Below are positions 15,880-24,944 of a stretch of DNA of 57,558 nt, in pieces. The notes beneath the pieces are model-generated. The model was not told the DNA's origin, made no database searches, and saw only the letters and a list, made by a program, of their open reading frames with translations. Numbering within the stretch: position 1 is the stretch's first letter; each line of letters opens with the position of its first letter. Position numbers and translations under genes: made by a program. The stretch is from contig CAUJJX010000313.1 in assembly GCA_963205165.1 (NCBI GenBank), positions 1 through 57,558 of the forward strand, read 5' to 3'. This DNA is from Pseudomonadota bacterium. Lineage in GTDB: Bacteria; Pseudomonadota; Gammaproteobacteria; Burkholderiales; Ga0077523.

Positions 15880-16740
15880 ATGACCGTAATCATCGGCTAC
15901 GTCGTCATCCTTGCCAGCGTCGTCGGCGGCTTCGTCATGGCCGGCGGCCACGTCGGCTCGCTGATCCAGCCCCTCGAAGTCCTGATGATCGCCGGTGCGG
16001 CTGTCGGCGCGTTCGTCGTCGCCAACTCCGGCAAGGTCATCAAGTCGACGATGAGCACCCTGCCCACCGTCTTCAAGGGATCGCGATTCACCAAGACGCT
16101 CTACCTCGAACTGCTCTCGCTGCTGTACGACGTCCTCGCAAAGGTCCGCAAGGAAGGCCTGATGTCGATCGAGAACGATGTCGAATCGCCGGAGCAGAGC
16201 CCGATCTTCTCGAAGTACCCGATGATCCTCTCCGACCACCACGCGATGGAGTTCCTCACGGACTACCTGCGGATCATGGTCGGCGGCAACCTGAATGCCT
16301 TCGAGATCGAGAACCTGATGGACGTCGAGATCGAGACCCACCATCACGAGGGCGAGGTCCCCGTGCAGGCCGTGAACCGTCTCGCCGACGGTCTTCCTGC
16401 GTTCGGCATCGTGGCGGCCGTCATGGGCGTCGTGCACACGATGGAATCCGTGGGGCTGCCGCCCGCCGAACTGGGCAAGCTGATTGCCGCTGCCCTGGTC
16501 GGGACCTTCCTCGGGATCCTGCTGGCGTACGGTTTCGTGGGTCCGCTGGGCACGCTCCTCGAACACAAGCTGAACGAGTCGACGAAGATGTACCAGTGCA
16601 TGAAGGTCACGCTGCTCGCCAGCCTGAATGGCTATGCGCCGCAGGTCGCGGTCGAGTTCGGCCGCAAGGTGCTCTACTCGACGGAACGGCCGACCTTCAA
16701 GGAACTCGAGGAAGAAGTGAAGAATCGCAAGGGCAAGTGA
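15880..16740 (+). CDS. motA: flagellar motor stator protein MotA
   Basis: 286-aa ORF of MotA-like length and sequence (IIGYVVILASVVGGFVMAGG; C-terminal MotA/TolQ/ExbB channel helices). Confidence 0.92.
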   Translation: MTVIIGYVVILASVVGGFVMAGGHVGSLIQPLEVLMIAGAAVGAFVVANSGKVIKSTMSTLPTVFKGSRFTKTLYLELLSLLYDVLAKVRKEGLMSIENDVESPEQSPIFSKYPMILSDHHAMEFLTDYLRIMVGGNLNAFEIENLMDVEIETHHHEGEVPVQAVNRLADGLPAFGIVAAVMGVVHTMESVGLPPAELGKLIAAALVGTFLGILLAYGFVGPLGTLLEHKLNESTKMYQCMKVTLLASLNGYAPQVAVEFGRKVLYSTERPTFKELEEEVKNRKGK

Positions 16741-16771
16741 GCCACGTGATCCTTCCACGACGAGTGACAGC

Positions 16772-17821
16772 ATGAGCGACGATTCCCAGCAGCCGATCAT
16801 CGTCAAGCGCATCAAGAAGGGCGGCCATGGTCACCATGGCGGCGCCTGGAAGATCGCGTACGCCGACTTCGTCACCGCGATGATGGCGTTCTTCCTTCTC
16901 ATGTGGCTGCTGGGCTCCACGACGAAGGGCGACCTCAGTGGCATTTCGGAGTACTTCAAGACCCCATTGAAGGTCGCGCTCATGGGCGGCTCCGGCGCGG
17001 GCGATGCGACCAGCCTCATCAAGGGCGGCGGCACCGACCTCACGCGCAAGACCGGCCAGGTCAACGAGAAGCTCGAAGGCAAGAAGCGCAACGGCATCAT
17101 CGTCAACGAGGAAGAGGTCGAGAAGATGCTGCAGGCGCAGGAGGCCGAGCGTCTGAAGGGCCTGAAGAGCGAACTCCAGGACGTCATCGACAAGAACCAG
17201 ACGCTCGCGCAGTTCAGGAACCAGCTCCTCATCGACATCACCACCGAAGGCCTCCGCGTCCAGATCGTCGACGAGAAGAACCGCCCGATGTTCGCGATCG
17301 GCAGCAGCCAGCTGCAGCCATACACGCGCGAGATCCTGCGCGAGATCGGCAAGGTGCTGAACGAGGTCGAGAACCGCATCACGATCTCCGGCCACACCGA
17401 TGCGTCGCCCTACTCGGGAGGAGAGCGCGGCTACAGCAACTGGGAACTCTCCGCCGATCGTGCCAACACGGCGCGCCGCGAACTGCTGTCCGGCGGCATG
17501 GAAGAGCATCGCATCGCGCGCGTCGTCGGTCTCGGTTCCGCCGTGCTGCTCGACGCCGCGGATCCGTTCGGCGAGACCAACCGGCGCGTGAGCATCATCG
17601 TGATGAACCGCAAGGCGGAGCAGGCTGCGCGCACCGACGGCGGGACCATCGAGGTGGACGAACTGGTTGCCGGCTCTGCACGCGTGTCGTCGGCGTCGCC
17701 CCCGGCCGCACATGGCGCCGCGCCCGCAGCGCCAGCAGCGCCCACGGACGCAGGTCACTCACCCGCGGCGAAGCCGGCAGTCGCAGGACACGTCAGCGAT
17801 GGCAGCGAAAAGCATCACTGA
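16772..17821 (+). CDS. motB: flagellar motor stator protein MotB
   Basis: 349-aa ORF. Contains AWKIAYADFVTAMMAFFLLMWLL (TM helix with the conserved Asp) and a C-terminal OmpA-like peptidoglycan-binding domain (GHTD...NWELSADRA). Confidence 0.9.
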   Translation: MSDDSQQPIIVKRIKKGGHGHHGGAWKIAYADFVTAMMAFFLLMWLLGSTTKGDLSGISEYFKTPLKVALMGGSGAGDATSLIKGGGTDLTRKTGQVNEKLEGKKRNGIIVNEEEVEKMLQAQEAERLKGLKSELQDVIDKNQTLAQFRNQLLIDITTEGLRVQIVDEKNRPMFAIGSSQLQPYTREILREIGKVLNEVENRITISGHTDASPYSGGERGYSNWELSADRANTARRELLSGGMEEHRIARVVGLGSAVLLDAADPFGETNRRVSIIVMNRKAEQAARTDGGTIEVDELVAGSARVSSASPPAAHGAAPAAPAAPTDAGHSPAAKPAVAGHVSDGSEKHH

Positions 17822-18566
17822 CCCCGTGACCACGCGTCACGCCGCGATCCCGCCGATCGCGAAGGCGCTCCTCGCACAGGCGCTCGCCTGGATCGTCGTC
17901 CAGGCAACCTTCGGTGAACCGGCGCCCGTCGCATTGCTGATCGAGTCGTTGCTCGCCGGCGGCATCGGCCGGTTGTTCGGGCTCGAACGCTGGTGGTTCC
18001 CGTTGAACGCCGGCTTCACGCTGCTCGTCGCGGCGGGCCTGATGCTCGCCATCGACCCTCTGTGGTACCTCGCCGCATTCGCGATCCTGTTCGTGACGTA
18101 CTGGAGCACCTTCCGCACGCAGGTCCCGCTGTTCCTGTCGAATCGCGAAGCGGTCGACGCGCTCGCCACGCTGCTGCCGACCGAGCGCCCTGTGCGTCTG
18201 CTCGACATCGGCTGCGGGACCGGCACGGTGATGGCCGGACTCGCCGGTCGCATGCAGGGCGACCGACTGCGCGGCGTCGAGATCGCACCGGTGCCGTTCG
18301 CGATCGCATGGCTGCGCGGAAGACTCTCGCGTGGCGCATTCTCGGTGACTCGCGACGACTTCTGGTGCGAGAACCTCGCCGACGAGGATGTCGTGTACGC
18401 ATTCCTCTCGCCTGTCCCGATGGGCGCGCTGTGGCGCAAGGTGCGCGCGGAGATGCGCCCCGGCAGCCTGTTCGTCAGCAACACGTTCGAAGTGCCCGGC
18501 GTCGCACCGGATCACGTGATCCCGCTCGGACGCAGCGGCCGTGCGCTGCTGGTCTGGCGCCTCTGA
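17799..18566 (+). CDS. membrane-anchored class I SAM-dependent methyltransferase
   Basis: In-frame ATG of ORF 17667..18566. The N-terminal ~110 aa are hydrophobic, followed by LLDIGCGTGTV (SAM motif I). The start overlaps the motB end by 23 nt. Confidence 0.7.
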   Translation: MAAKSITDPVTTRHAAIPPIAKALLAQALAWIVVQATFGEPAPVALLIESLLAGGIGRLFGLERWWFPLNAGFTLLVAAGLMLAIDPLWYLAAFAILFVTYWSTFRTQVPLFLSNREAVDALATLLPTERPVRLLDIGCGTGTVMAGLAGRMQGDRLRGVEIAPVPFAIAWLRGRLSRGAFSVTRDDFWCENLADEDVVYAFLSPVPMGALWRKVRAEMRPGSLFVSNTFEVPGVAPDHVIPLGRSGRALLVWRL

Positions 18567-18582
18567 GCGCACGGGTCTGCCC

Positions 18583-20004
18583 ATGGACATGAACGAAGTC
18601 GTCGAGGCGCTGGGCAACCGGGATGTACCGGTGCTCGCCTGCACTGTGGCGACACTACGGAAGATGCGGCGCGAAGAAGACCGGGTCACGGCGCGCGACA
18701 TCTCGCGCGTCGTGCTTCGTGATCCGCTGATGACGCTGAAGGCACTGCGCTTCGCCGAGGCCAATCGCTCGATCCGCCAGTTGTCCGACATCACGACTGT
18801 CGAGCACGTCGTGATGATGCACGGCATCGGCGAATTCCTGCGGACGTTCGCCGATCTCACATCGCTGGAAGGCCTTCTCGCGAAGGACTCGATCGCGCTG
18901 GATGGCGCACTCAGGGTCGTGAGCCGGGCGCAGCACGCCGCGGCCTTCGCCCGTTCGATCGCGAGCCGGCGTCACGACAAGGAGTCCGACGAGGTCATCA
19001 TCGCGGCGCTGCTGCACGACCTCGCCGAACTGATGCTGTGGCTGCATGCGCCGCGCGAGGTCGCCGAGATCCGCTATCTGGTCGATCACGCGGTCGGCCT
19101 GCGCAGCGCTGCCGCGCAGCGCTTCGTGCTCGGATTCACGCATGGTCAGTTGCAGCACGCGCTCGCCGGTGCATGGCATCTGCCACGGTTGCTGCAACGC
19201 CTGATGGACGACGAGCACGCCGAGAATCCGCGCGTCGTGAACGTCGTGCTGGCGACACGACTCGCGCGTCACCTGGCCCACGGCTGGTACGACGCCGCAC
19301 TGCCCGACGACTACTCGGATCTCGAGCATCTGCTGGGTTGCTCGGAGGACGGCGCCCGCCGGATGGTGCGCGCCGCCAGCCTGAACGCGGCGCGCCTCTG
19401 GACCGACACCGGCATCCGCCCCGTGGCGGCCGGCATTCCGCTGGAGGAGGGCGACATCCCGCCAGAGCCCGGACTGTTCCTGCCCTCGGGAAATGTCGAC
19501 GGGCCGCTCTTCAAGTCTGCCCTCCAGAAACTCACCGACGCCGCGCCGCGTCGCGATCACGATCCCTTCATTGCCTGGGCGCTCTACGCACTCCAGTTCG
19601 GACTCGGACTGAAGCGTGTCGGCTTTGCCGCACCGGGTGCGCACGGCGATCACCTGCAGATGCGGTTCGTGTTCGATCTCGATGCGCCGGTCTCGCCGTG
19701 GCGCGACATGCCGATACCGCTAGGCGGGACCGACCTGTTCTCGCGACTCTCCGGAAACATGCAGGGAGTCTGGGCCGGTGGCGACAATCGGGAACGGGTC
19801 GCGAGCCTCCTCCTGCCGGAGCAAGGCGCTAGAATCGGCCGGTCCGATTTTCTGGCGATGTCGGTACGCGGCAACGATGGGGCGGGCGGCCTCGTGATCG
19901 CCGATCGCGGTTCAGCAGGCGGCGCGATTCCCGACCGGCTCTACGCCCCGTTCAAGGCGCTGTGCGTGAAACTCGCCGAGAAGCTCGACACGCCCTCGTA
20001 CTGA
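18583..20004 (+). CDS. HDOD domain signalling protein with uncharacterised C-terminal domain
   Basis: In-frame ATG of ORF 18541..20004. HDOD-like N-terminal half (LPVLACTVATL...DPLMTLKALRFA...GIGEF...AALLHDLAEL). The C-terminal ~200 aa are unassigned. Confidence 0.72.
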   Translation: MDMNEVVEALGNRDVPVLACTVATLRKMRREEDRVTARDISRVVLRDPLMTLKALRFAEANRSIRQLSDITTVEHVVMMHGIGEFLRTFADLTSLEGLLAKDSIALDGALRVVSRAQHAAAFARSIASRRHDKESDEVIIAALLHDLAELMLWLHAPREVAEIRYLVDHAVGLRSAAAQRFVLGFTHGQLQHALAGAWHLPRLLQRLMDDEHAENPRVVNVVLATRLARHLAHGWYDAALPDDYSDLEHLLGCSEDGARRMVRAASLNAARLWTDTGIRPVAAGIPLEEGDIPPEPGLFLPSGNVDGPLFKSALQKLTDAAPRRDHDPFIAWALYALQFGLGLKRVGFAAPGAHGDHLQMRFVFDLDAPVSPWRDMPIPLGGTDLFSRLSGNMQGVWAGGDNRERVASLLLPEQGARIGRSDFLAMSVRGNDGAGGLVIADRGSAGGAIPDRLYAPFKALCVKLAEKLDTPSY

Positions 20005-20053
20005 TCCCGGCCACCACCGGGTCGGATGCCTACCCGATCGATTCCCGGACAGC

Positions 20054-20614
20054 GTGACCACCCAATTTCATCTCCGACGTGCAGGGCAGGTGAGCGGACC
20101 GTTCACCCGCAGCATGCTGCTGCGCGACCGCATGCTCGGACGCATCGCGGCGAGCGACGAGGTCAGCATCGACGGCGATTCGTGGCTGACCATCGCGGAC
20201 TGCGAGACGCTGGACGTCGCCGAGATCAACACGCCGCCGCGCGTTCCGGTCGTCGACGAAGCGTGGGCTGCGGAGCGCGAGCGCGCGCGCCTGCGCTGGC
20301 TCGACGAACGCGCGCAACCCGATCGCCGGCAGGCACCCGGCGCGATGCCGCACGAAGGCCGCAGCGGTCGGGACCGTCGTGCGAATCCGGTGCCGCCCGC
20401 GAAACATTTCGGTCCTGTCGACGCACCGCCCGAAGCCCATCATCCGCACCTGCGGTTCGCCTTGTTCGTCGTACTGGTCGTCGCGATCGCCGGCGCGTTG
20501 CTCTGGTGGTTCGTGCCGCGGCAAGCGCCTCGAATCCGACTCACGGACACGCCGGCTGCAGTGACCGCCGCGCCCGGCGCCGTTGCCTTCACGATACGTC
20601 CGGCCATCGCGTGA
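20054..20614 (+). CDS. GYF_2 (DUF4339)-like domain protein with one TM helix
   Basis: 186-aa ORF with host-like codon usage. N-terminal pattern GQVSGPFT...G.I...D.V...GDSW and the TM segment FALFVVLVVAIAGALLWWF. GTG start. Confidence 0.55.
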   Translation: MTTQFHLRRAGQVSGPFTRSMLLRDRMLGRIAASDEVSIDGDSWLTIADCETLDVAEINTPPRVPVVDEAWAAERERARLRWLDERAQPDRRQAPGAMPHEGRSGRDRRANPVPPAKHFGPVDAPPEAHHPHLRFALFVVLVVAIAGALLWWFVPRQAPRIRLTDTPAAVTAAPGAVAFTIRPAIA

Positions 20615-21438
20615 GCCTCGTCATCCGGTCGCGCGACAACGCGCTCGTGAAGCGCCTCGCACGTCTCTCCGCGCAAGGGCGGGCAAGGCGGGAGGAGGGC
20701 GTCGGCATCATCGAAGGTTGGCACCTCGTGCGCGCCCTGCTGGAATCGCGCAGGCGGGGTGCGTCGAATCTGCTGAGCGTCGCACTTTCCGAAGCGGCCA
20801 TCGATCATCCCGAATCGCGGACGATGATCGACCGACTCGACGGCGTTGCGCTCCACGTGATCGATGCGTCCGTGTTCGCACGCATCGGGGAATCCGACGG
20901 TCCGAACGCCGTGCTCGGCGTATTCACGCTGCCTCCCACCAGTGGCACAACACCGGTGAAAGAGGGCGGGCTGCAACTCTGGCTCGATGCCGTGCAGGAC
21001 CCCGGCAACGTCGGCACGCTGATCCGCACCGCCGCCGCGGCAGGTGCGACAGCCGTCGTGCTCGGTCCGGGCTGCGCCGATCCGTGGTCACCGAAGGCAC
21101 TCCGCGCCGGCATGGGCGGACACTTCGAGACGGCCGTAGTGAACGGCGTCGTCTGGGCCGATGCGGCGCGTGCGTTCGGCGGACAGATCCTCGCACTCGC
21201 GCTGGATGGAAGCCGCAGCCTCTACGACACAGTCCTCGACGGCGACGTCGCCGTCCTGCTGGGCAACGAAGGGGCGGGCCTGTCGGAATCCGTCGCTGCA
21301 CTCGCCAGTGCGCGCGTGCACATCCCGATGCCTGGCGCGGTGGAATCGCTCAACGTGGCCGCTGCTGGCGCGATCGTGTGCTTCGAGCGGGTGCGGCAGC
21401 TGCAAGTAGCGGCCGCGGCGAAATCAACGTCCCGTTGA
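20611..21438 (+). CDS. TrmH/SpoU-family RNA 2'-O-methyltransferase
   Basis: In-frame GTG of ORF 20026..21438, overlapping the upstream stop (GTGA). SpoU motifs DAVQDPGNVGTLIRTAAAAG, LLGNEGAGLS and ESLNVAAA. Confidence 0.85.
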   Translation: MSLVIRSRDNALVKRLARLSAQGRARREEGVGIIEGWHLVRALLESRRRGASNLLSVALSEAAIDHPESRTMIDRLDGVALHVIDASVFARIGESDGPNAVLGVFTLPPTSGTTPVKEGGLQLWLDAVQDPGNVGTLIRTAAAAGATAVVLGPGCADPWSPKALRAGMGGHFETAVVNGVVWADAARAFGGQILALALDGSRSLYDTVLDGDVAVLLGNEGAGLSESVAALASARVHIPMPGAVESLNVAAAGAIVCFERVRQLQVAAAAKSTSR

Positions 21439-21489
21439 TTCGGCGACGGCGCGCACGCTGGGGCGTCAGCCGGCGCTGCGGCCGTGGCA

Positions 21490-22302
21490 TCAGTCGAGAC
21501 GCAATGTCAGGCACTTCGCCGAGCCGCCGGCCCTCATGAACTCAGACAGGTCCGTGGCGATCGCTTCGAAGCCACGTGCCGCGAGAAGGCGCCGCAATCT
21601 GCCGGACCACCGGTGAGCGAACACGCGGCCGCCGACCTCGACGGCATTGCACGCGAACTCATTGGCCTCGTCGACCGTAACCGCGATGCCTCGCGATGGT
21701 CCGAACTGCTCGGTCAGCATCGCACGCGCATCGGGTGTGAATGCCTCCGGGTACCAGAGTGCGCTGCCATCCGGAAGCGGGCAGAAGCAGGTATCCAGAT
21801 GGTAGAAGTGCGGATTGCAGAGGTGTGCCGGCACCGCCGGGGCACCGGGGACAGCGTCGACGAGGACATCGACTGCTGCGAGGTCGGTCCGGAATCCCCA
21901 GCCGATCACGAGTCCGCCACCGAGCAGCTGCAGCGCGTCGCCCGCACCTTCGAACGGCAGTCGCGCCTCGACGAAACGAGTGTCAACTTCGAATCCCGCC
22001 TTGCGCAGCGCGCCCCCGTACAAGACGTGTTCCGGCTGGCGCTCCGGCTTCGCGAACCAGGACAGGAATGCTCGACGCCCGATGACGGCTGCGGCATTCG
22101 CCGTAAACACGAGGTCCGGCAGGTCCGGTGGCTGGCTTGTCATGACATCGAGCGTAGCGCCGGCGCGAACCAGTTGATCTGCGAGGGCGTCCCATTGAGC
22201 GTGCGCGACGACCGGGTCCGCTCGTCCGATGTTGGGTCCCATCCAGGGATTGATCTCGTAGTTCACTGCGAAGTGCCGGGGCTCGCACATCAGGAAGCGC
22301 AT
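21490..22302 (-). CDS. amidinotransferase/DDAH-superfamily (guanidino-group-modifying) enzyme
   Basis: 270-aa ORF. N-terminus MCEPRHFAVNYEINPWM. A C-terminal catalytic-Cys context GGSAKCLTL is typical of the superfamily. Confidence 0.75.
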   Translation of the reverse strand: MRFLMCEPRHFAVNYEINPWMGPNIGRADPVVAHAQWDALADQLVRAGATLDVMTSQPPDLPDLVFTANAAAVIGRRAFLSWFAKPERQPEHVLYGGALRKAGFEVDTRFVEARLPFEGAGDALQLLGGGLVIGWGFRTDLAAVDVLVDAVPGAPAVPAHLCNPHFYHLDTCFCPLPDGSALWYPEAFTPDARAMLTEQFGPSRGIAVTVDEANEFACNAVEVGGRVFAHRWSGRLRRLLAARGFEAIATDLSEFMRAGGSAKCLTLRLD

Positions 22303-22462
22303 CGGTCAAAGCCTGCGAGTTGGGGAATGGGCACTACGACGTCCCGTGGTAATCACCGCGGGGGAGACGAGCGAGGTCCTGCGTACGGTGTCCGGTCGCC
22401 AGTCGACGAATCCACCCGGTGGAACTGAAACGCCCGGTCGATACGCCGGCTTCGAATATGGA

Positions 22463-22478
22463 CATAATGCACATTATG
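22463..22478. promoter_or_regulatory. perfect AT-rich inverted repeat CATAATG-CA-CATTATG (candidate operator)
   Basis: A 7+7 palindrome in an otherwise GC-rich 420-nt spacer. It lies about 160 nt upstream of the amidinotransferase-like gene start (22302). Confidence 0.3.
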
Positions 22479-22722
22479 CCGTCTTTAACTGGAGCCGCCG
22501 AGCCGCGTCCGCGCTGAAGGCCCATGCGAAGACCGGCTGCCCGGCTCGGTGAAGTTGATCAGTTCGAGCAATCGCCACGGACCCGCAACTCGTGCACGGC
22601 GCCAACGCTGCCCGCATACGAAACGACAAGCCGTCCCGGCCAATGGAAGACACCGCTTCCATCACGCGTGGAGCGCATCGGCATCTGGGTCCGCTGCATC
22701 CTGCAGCTGCGCCCGAGTGCGC

Positions 22723-23502
22723 CTAGCGTCGAGCGTTTTGAAACAGTCGGAAGAAATTGTCGGACGTGGACGTCGCCAACGCGTCGCGATCGATCTGTCG
22801 GAGATCGGCCACGAAATCGCAGACGTGCCGGACGAACGCTGGTTCGTTCGTGCTGCCCCGATGCGGCACTGGTGCGAGGTACGGCGAATCGGTCTCGACG
22901 AGCAGCCGGTCGGCGGGGACCTGCCGCGCGACCTCGCGCAGCGACTCGGCACTCTTGAACGTGACGATTCCGGAAAATGAGATGTAGAACCCGAGGTCAA
23001 GGGCGGCCCGCGCGACGTCCCATGTCTCGGTGAAACAGTGCATCACGCCACCGGCGTCGGACGCGCCTTCCGAGCGGAGCATCCCGATCGTGTCGTCGGA
23101 CGCACTGCGCGTGTGCACGATGAGCGGCTTGCGCATTTCGCGTGCGGCGGCAATGTGATTCGCGAACCTCACACGCTGCACGTCGGCGCGTTCCGGATGT
23201 CGGAAATAGTCGAGCCCTGTCTCGCCGATCGCGACGACCTTCGGGTGCTTTGCGAGCGCGACCAGCATGTCGGCCGTCGGATCCACACCGTCGTCGTGGT
23301 CCGGATGAACGCCGACCGATGCGAAGAAATTCTCGTGGCGTTCGGCGAGCGCCATCACGCGCGGCAGATTCTCGAGATCCACGGCGACGCAGAGCGCGTG
23401 CGACACGGAAGCTGCGGACATCGCGTCGCGGATGGCATCGATGCGCGGCAGGAGATCCGGGAAATCGAGGTGGCAATGTGAATCGACGACGGAAGCGGTC
23501 AC
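22723..23502 (-). CDS. TatD-family metal-dependent hydrolase/DNase
   Basis: 259-aa ORF. N-terminal VDSHCHLDF and TatD-family histidine/aspartate pattern. Canonical position after holB-pilZ. Confidence 0.9.
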   Translation of the reverse strand: MTASVVDSHCHLDFPDLLPRIDAIRDAMSAASVSHALCVAVDLENLPRVMALAERHENFFASVGVHPDHDDGVDPTADMLVALAKHPKVVAIGETGLDYFRHPERADVQRVRFANHIAAAREMRKPLIVHTRSASDDTIGMLRSEGASDAGGVMHCFTETWDVARAALDLGFYISFSGIVTFKSAESLREVARQVPADRLLVETDSPYLAPVPHRGSTNEPAFVRHVCDFVADLRQIDRDALATSTSDNFFRLFQNARR

Positions 23503-23507
23503 GGGGT

Positions 23508-23882
23508 CTACATCGTGTGGGTCGGGAGATTGGTCTTGGCCTGGGCGGCCAGCAGCGTCTCGATGCGCGCCTTCGCCGTCTGGCCGGATTCGTCGTCACG
23601 GAACTGGACGCCGATGCCCTGCATCTTGTTGCCCTGGGCGCCCGCCGGCGTCACCCAGATGACCTTGCCGGCCACCGGCAGTCGCGCCGTGTCGCCCGGC
23701 AGGACGATGAGCATGAAGATCTCGTCGCCGAGCCCGTAACTCTTGCTCGTCGGAATGAAGATGGCACCGCCCTTCACGTACGGCATGTACGCCGAGTGCA
23801 GCACCGAGGTGTCCTTGATGTTCAGGGACAGCGCGGTCGTTCTCGGCGGGTGTTCCGGTTTGTCGGTGGGCGGGAGGGCCAT
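23508..23882 (-). CDS. pilZ: PilZ domain protein (type IV pilus-associated PilZ type)
   Basis: 124-aa ORF similar to the PilZ encoded downstream of holB in Pseudomonas and Xanthomonas-type genomes (LSLNIKDTSVLHSAYMPYVKGGAIFIPT). Confidence 0.8.
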   Translation of the reverse strand: MALPPTDKPEHPPRTTALSLNIKDTSVLHSAYMPYVKGGAIFIPTSKSYGLGDEIFMLIVLPGDTARLPVAGKVIWVTPAGAQGNKMQGIGVQFRDDESGQTAKARIETLLAAQAKTNLPTHTM

Positions 23883-23885
23883 GGC

Positions 23886-24944
23886 TCAGGAGGGATGTCG
23901 ACAGTCCGCGTAATCGAGCAGCAGATCGGCCACGACGAGCTTCGGGTTGAGTGGATGATCGGCCAACGCACCGGCCTGCCGCAAGCGACGTTCGAATTTC
24001 AGCAGAGCGGGCAGACTCATCGCCGCCGAGGCGCGCGCCAGGGCGTCCCGACGGTCGGTGTGATATCGCACCCGCTGCGCTGCGCAACTCGAGATCAGAT
24101 CGCAGACCCACGTGTGCAGCACCGCCTGCACGAACTGCGGCGCGACGGTCTCGAGATCGCGAACACCGGTGCGGCGCTCGCGGCCGTCTGCCGCGAGAAA
24201 TCCGAGCAAGCGCTCCCGGGCATCCCAGTACTCGGCGGTCAGCTCGGCCGCCGCGAGCGGTGCCTGCCCTGCGAGATCAAGTGCAAGGGCCGCGCGATCG
24301 ACACCCGCCGACGCCAGCCACGCGGTCGATTCCGAGGCCGTGGGGCGGGGCAACCGGATCACATGGCAGCGGCTGCGGACGGTCGGCAGGAGTCGCGTCT
24401 CGTGCGCGCTCGCAAGAACGATGGCCGCGCCCGCCGGCGGTTCCTCCAGGATCTTCAGCAGTGCGTTCGATGCGGCGGCGTTCATGGAATCGGCGGGCGC
24501 CAGGATCGCGCACCGCCCTTCCCCGCCGTTCGCGTTGACCTGCATGAACGCGATCAGCTCGCGCACGTCACCGACGGCGATGCCGCGGGATCGTTCGGAT
24601 TTCTTCGCGCCCTTCTCTCCGACGTCCTCGGCCGAAGCATCGGACGGCAACTCGACGTCGCGCCCGAGGCGAAGCATGTCCGGATGGTGCCCCGCAGCCC
24701 GCCACTCGCACGGACGGCACGTGCCGCACGGAAGTCCGTCCGGACCCGGCGCTGCACACAGCCGGGCACCGAGGACGAGCATCGCGAACATCGAGAGGCC
24801 GCTTCCCGCCGGGCCGGTGACCAGCATCGACTGGGGTAGCGCCGGTTGCTGGCGCAGGCGCATCCACGCGTCGCGGTGCCAGGGCAGCAGCGACGATCCT
24901 CCGATCGGGACGCCGGACAATGGCGTGGAGCGCGCGAGGCTCAC
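23886..24944 (-). CDS. holB: DNA polymerase III delta-prime subunit
   Basis: GTG start overlaps the tmk stop (GTGA), inside ORF 23886..25295. Contains LPWHRDAW, the degenerate P-loop GPAGSGL and the zinc module CGTCRPC. Confidence 0.85.
   Translation of the reverse strand: MSLARSTPLSGVPIGGSSLLPWHRDAWMRLRQQPALPQSMLVTGPAGSGLSMFAMLVLGARLCAAPGPDGLPCGTCRPCEWRAAGHHPDMLRLGRDVELPSDASAEDVGEKGAKKSERSRGIAVGDVRELIAFMQVNANGGEGRCAILAPADSMNAAASNALLKILEEPPAGAAIVLASAHETRLLPTVRSRCHVIRLPRPTASESTAWLASAGVDRAALALDLAGQAPLAAAELTAEYWDARERLLGFLAADGRERRTGVRDLETVAPQFVQAVLHTWVCDLISSCAAQRVRYHTDRRDALARASAAMSLPALLKFERRLRQAGALADHPLNPKLVVADLLLDYADCRHPS

Noticed and set aside
15880-17821. The MotA/MotB pair as part of a Zorya-like or other stator-based defence system.
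   Set aside because: MotA (286 aa) and MotB (349 aa, OmpA-like C-terminus) have standard flagellar stator sizes and motifs. A sigma-28-like promoter precedes them. No ZorC/ZorD-like large genes follow.
22303-22460. Possible guanidine riboswitch (CCGGAC, GUAC and CAGGAC strings on the minus strand) upstream of the guanidino-group-modifying enzyme.
   Set aside because: The strings do not assemble into the guanidine-III pseudoknot, because no second CCGG or GGCGC partner is present. There are no ACGR-loop hairpin pairs (guanidine-II) and no ykkC-type core. The resemblance is superficial.
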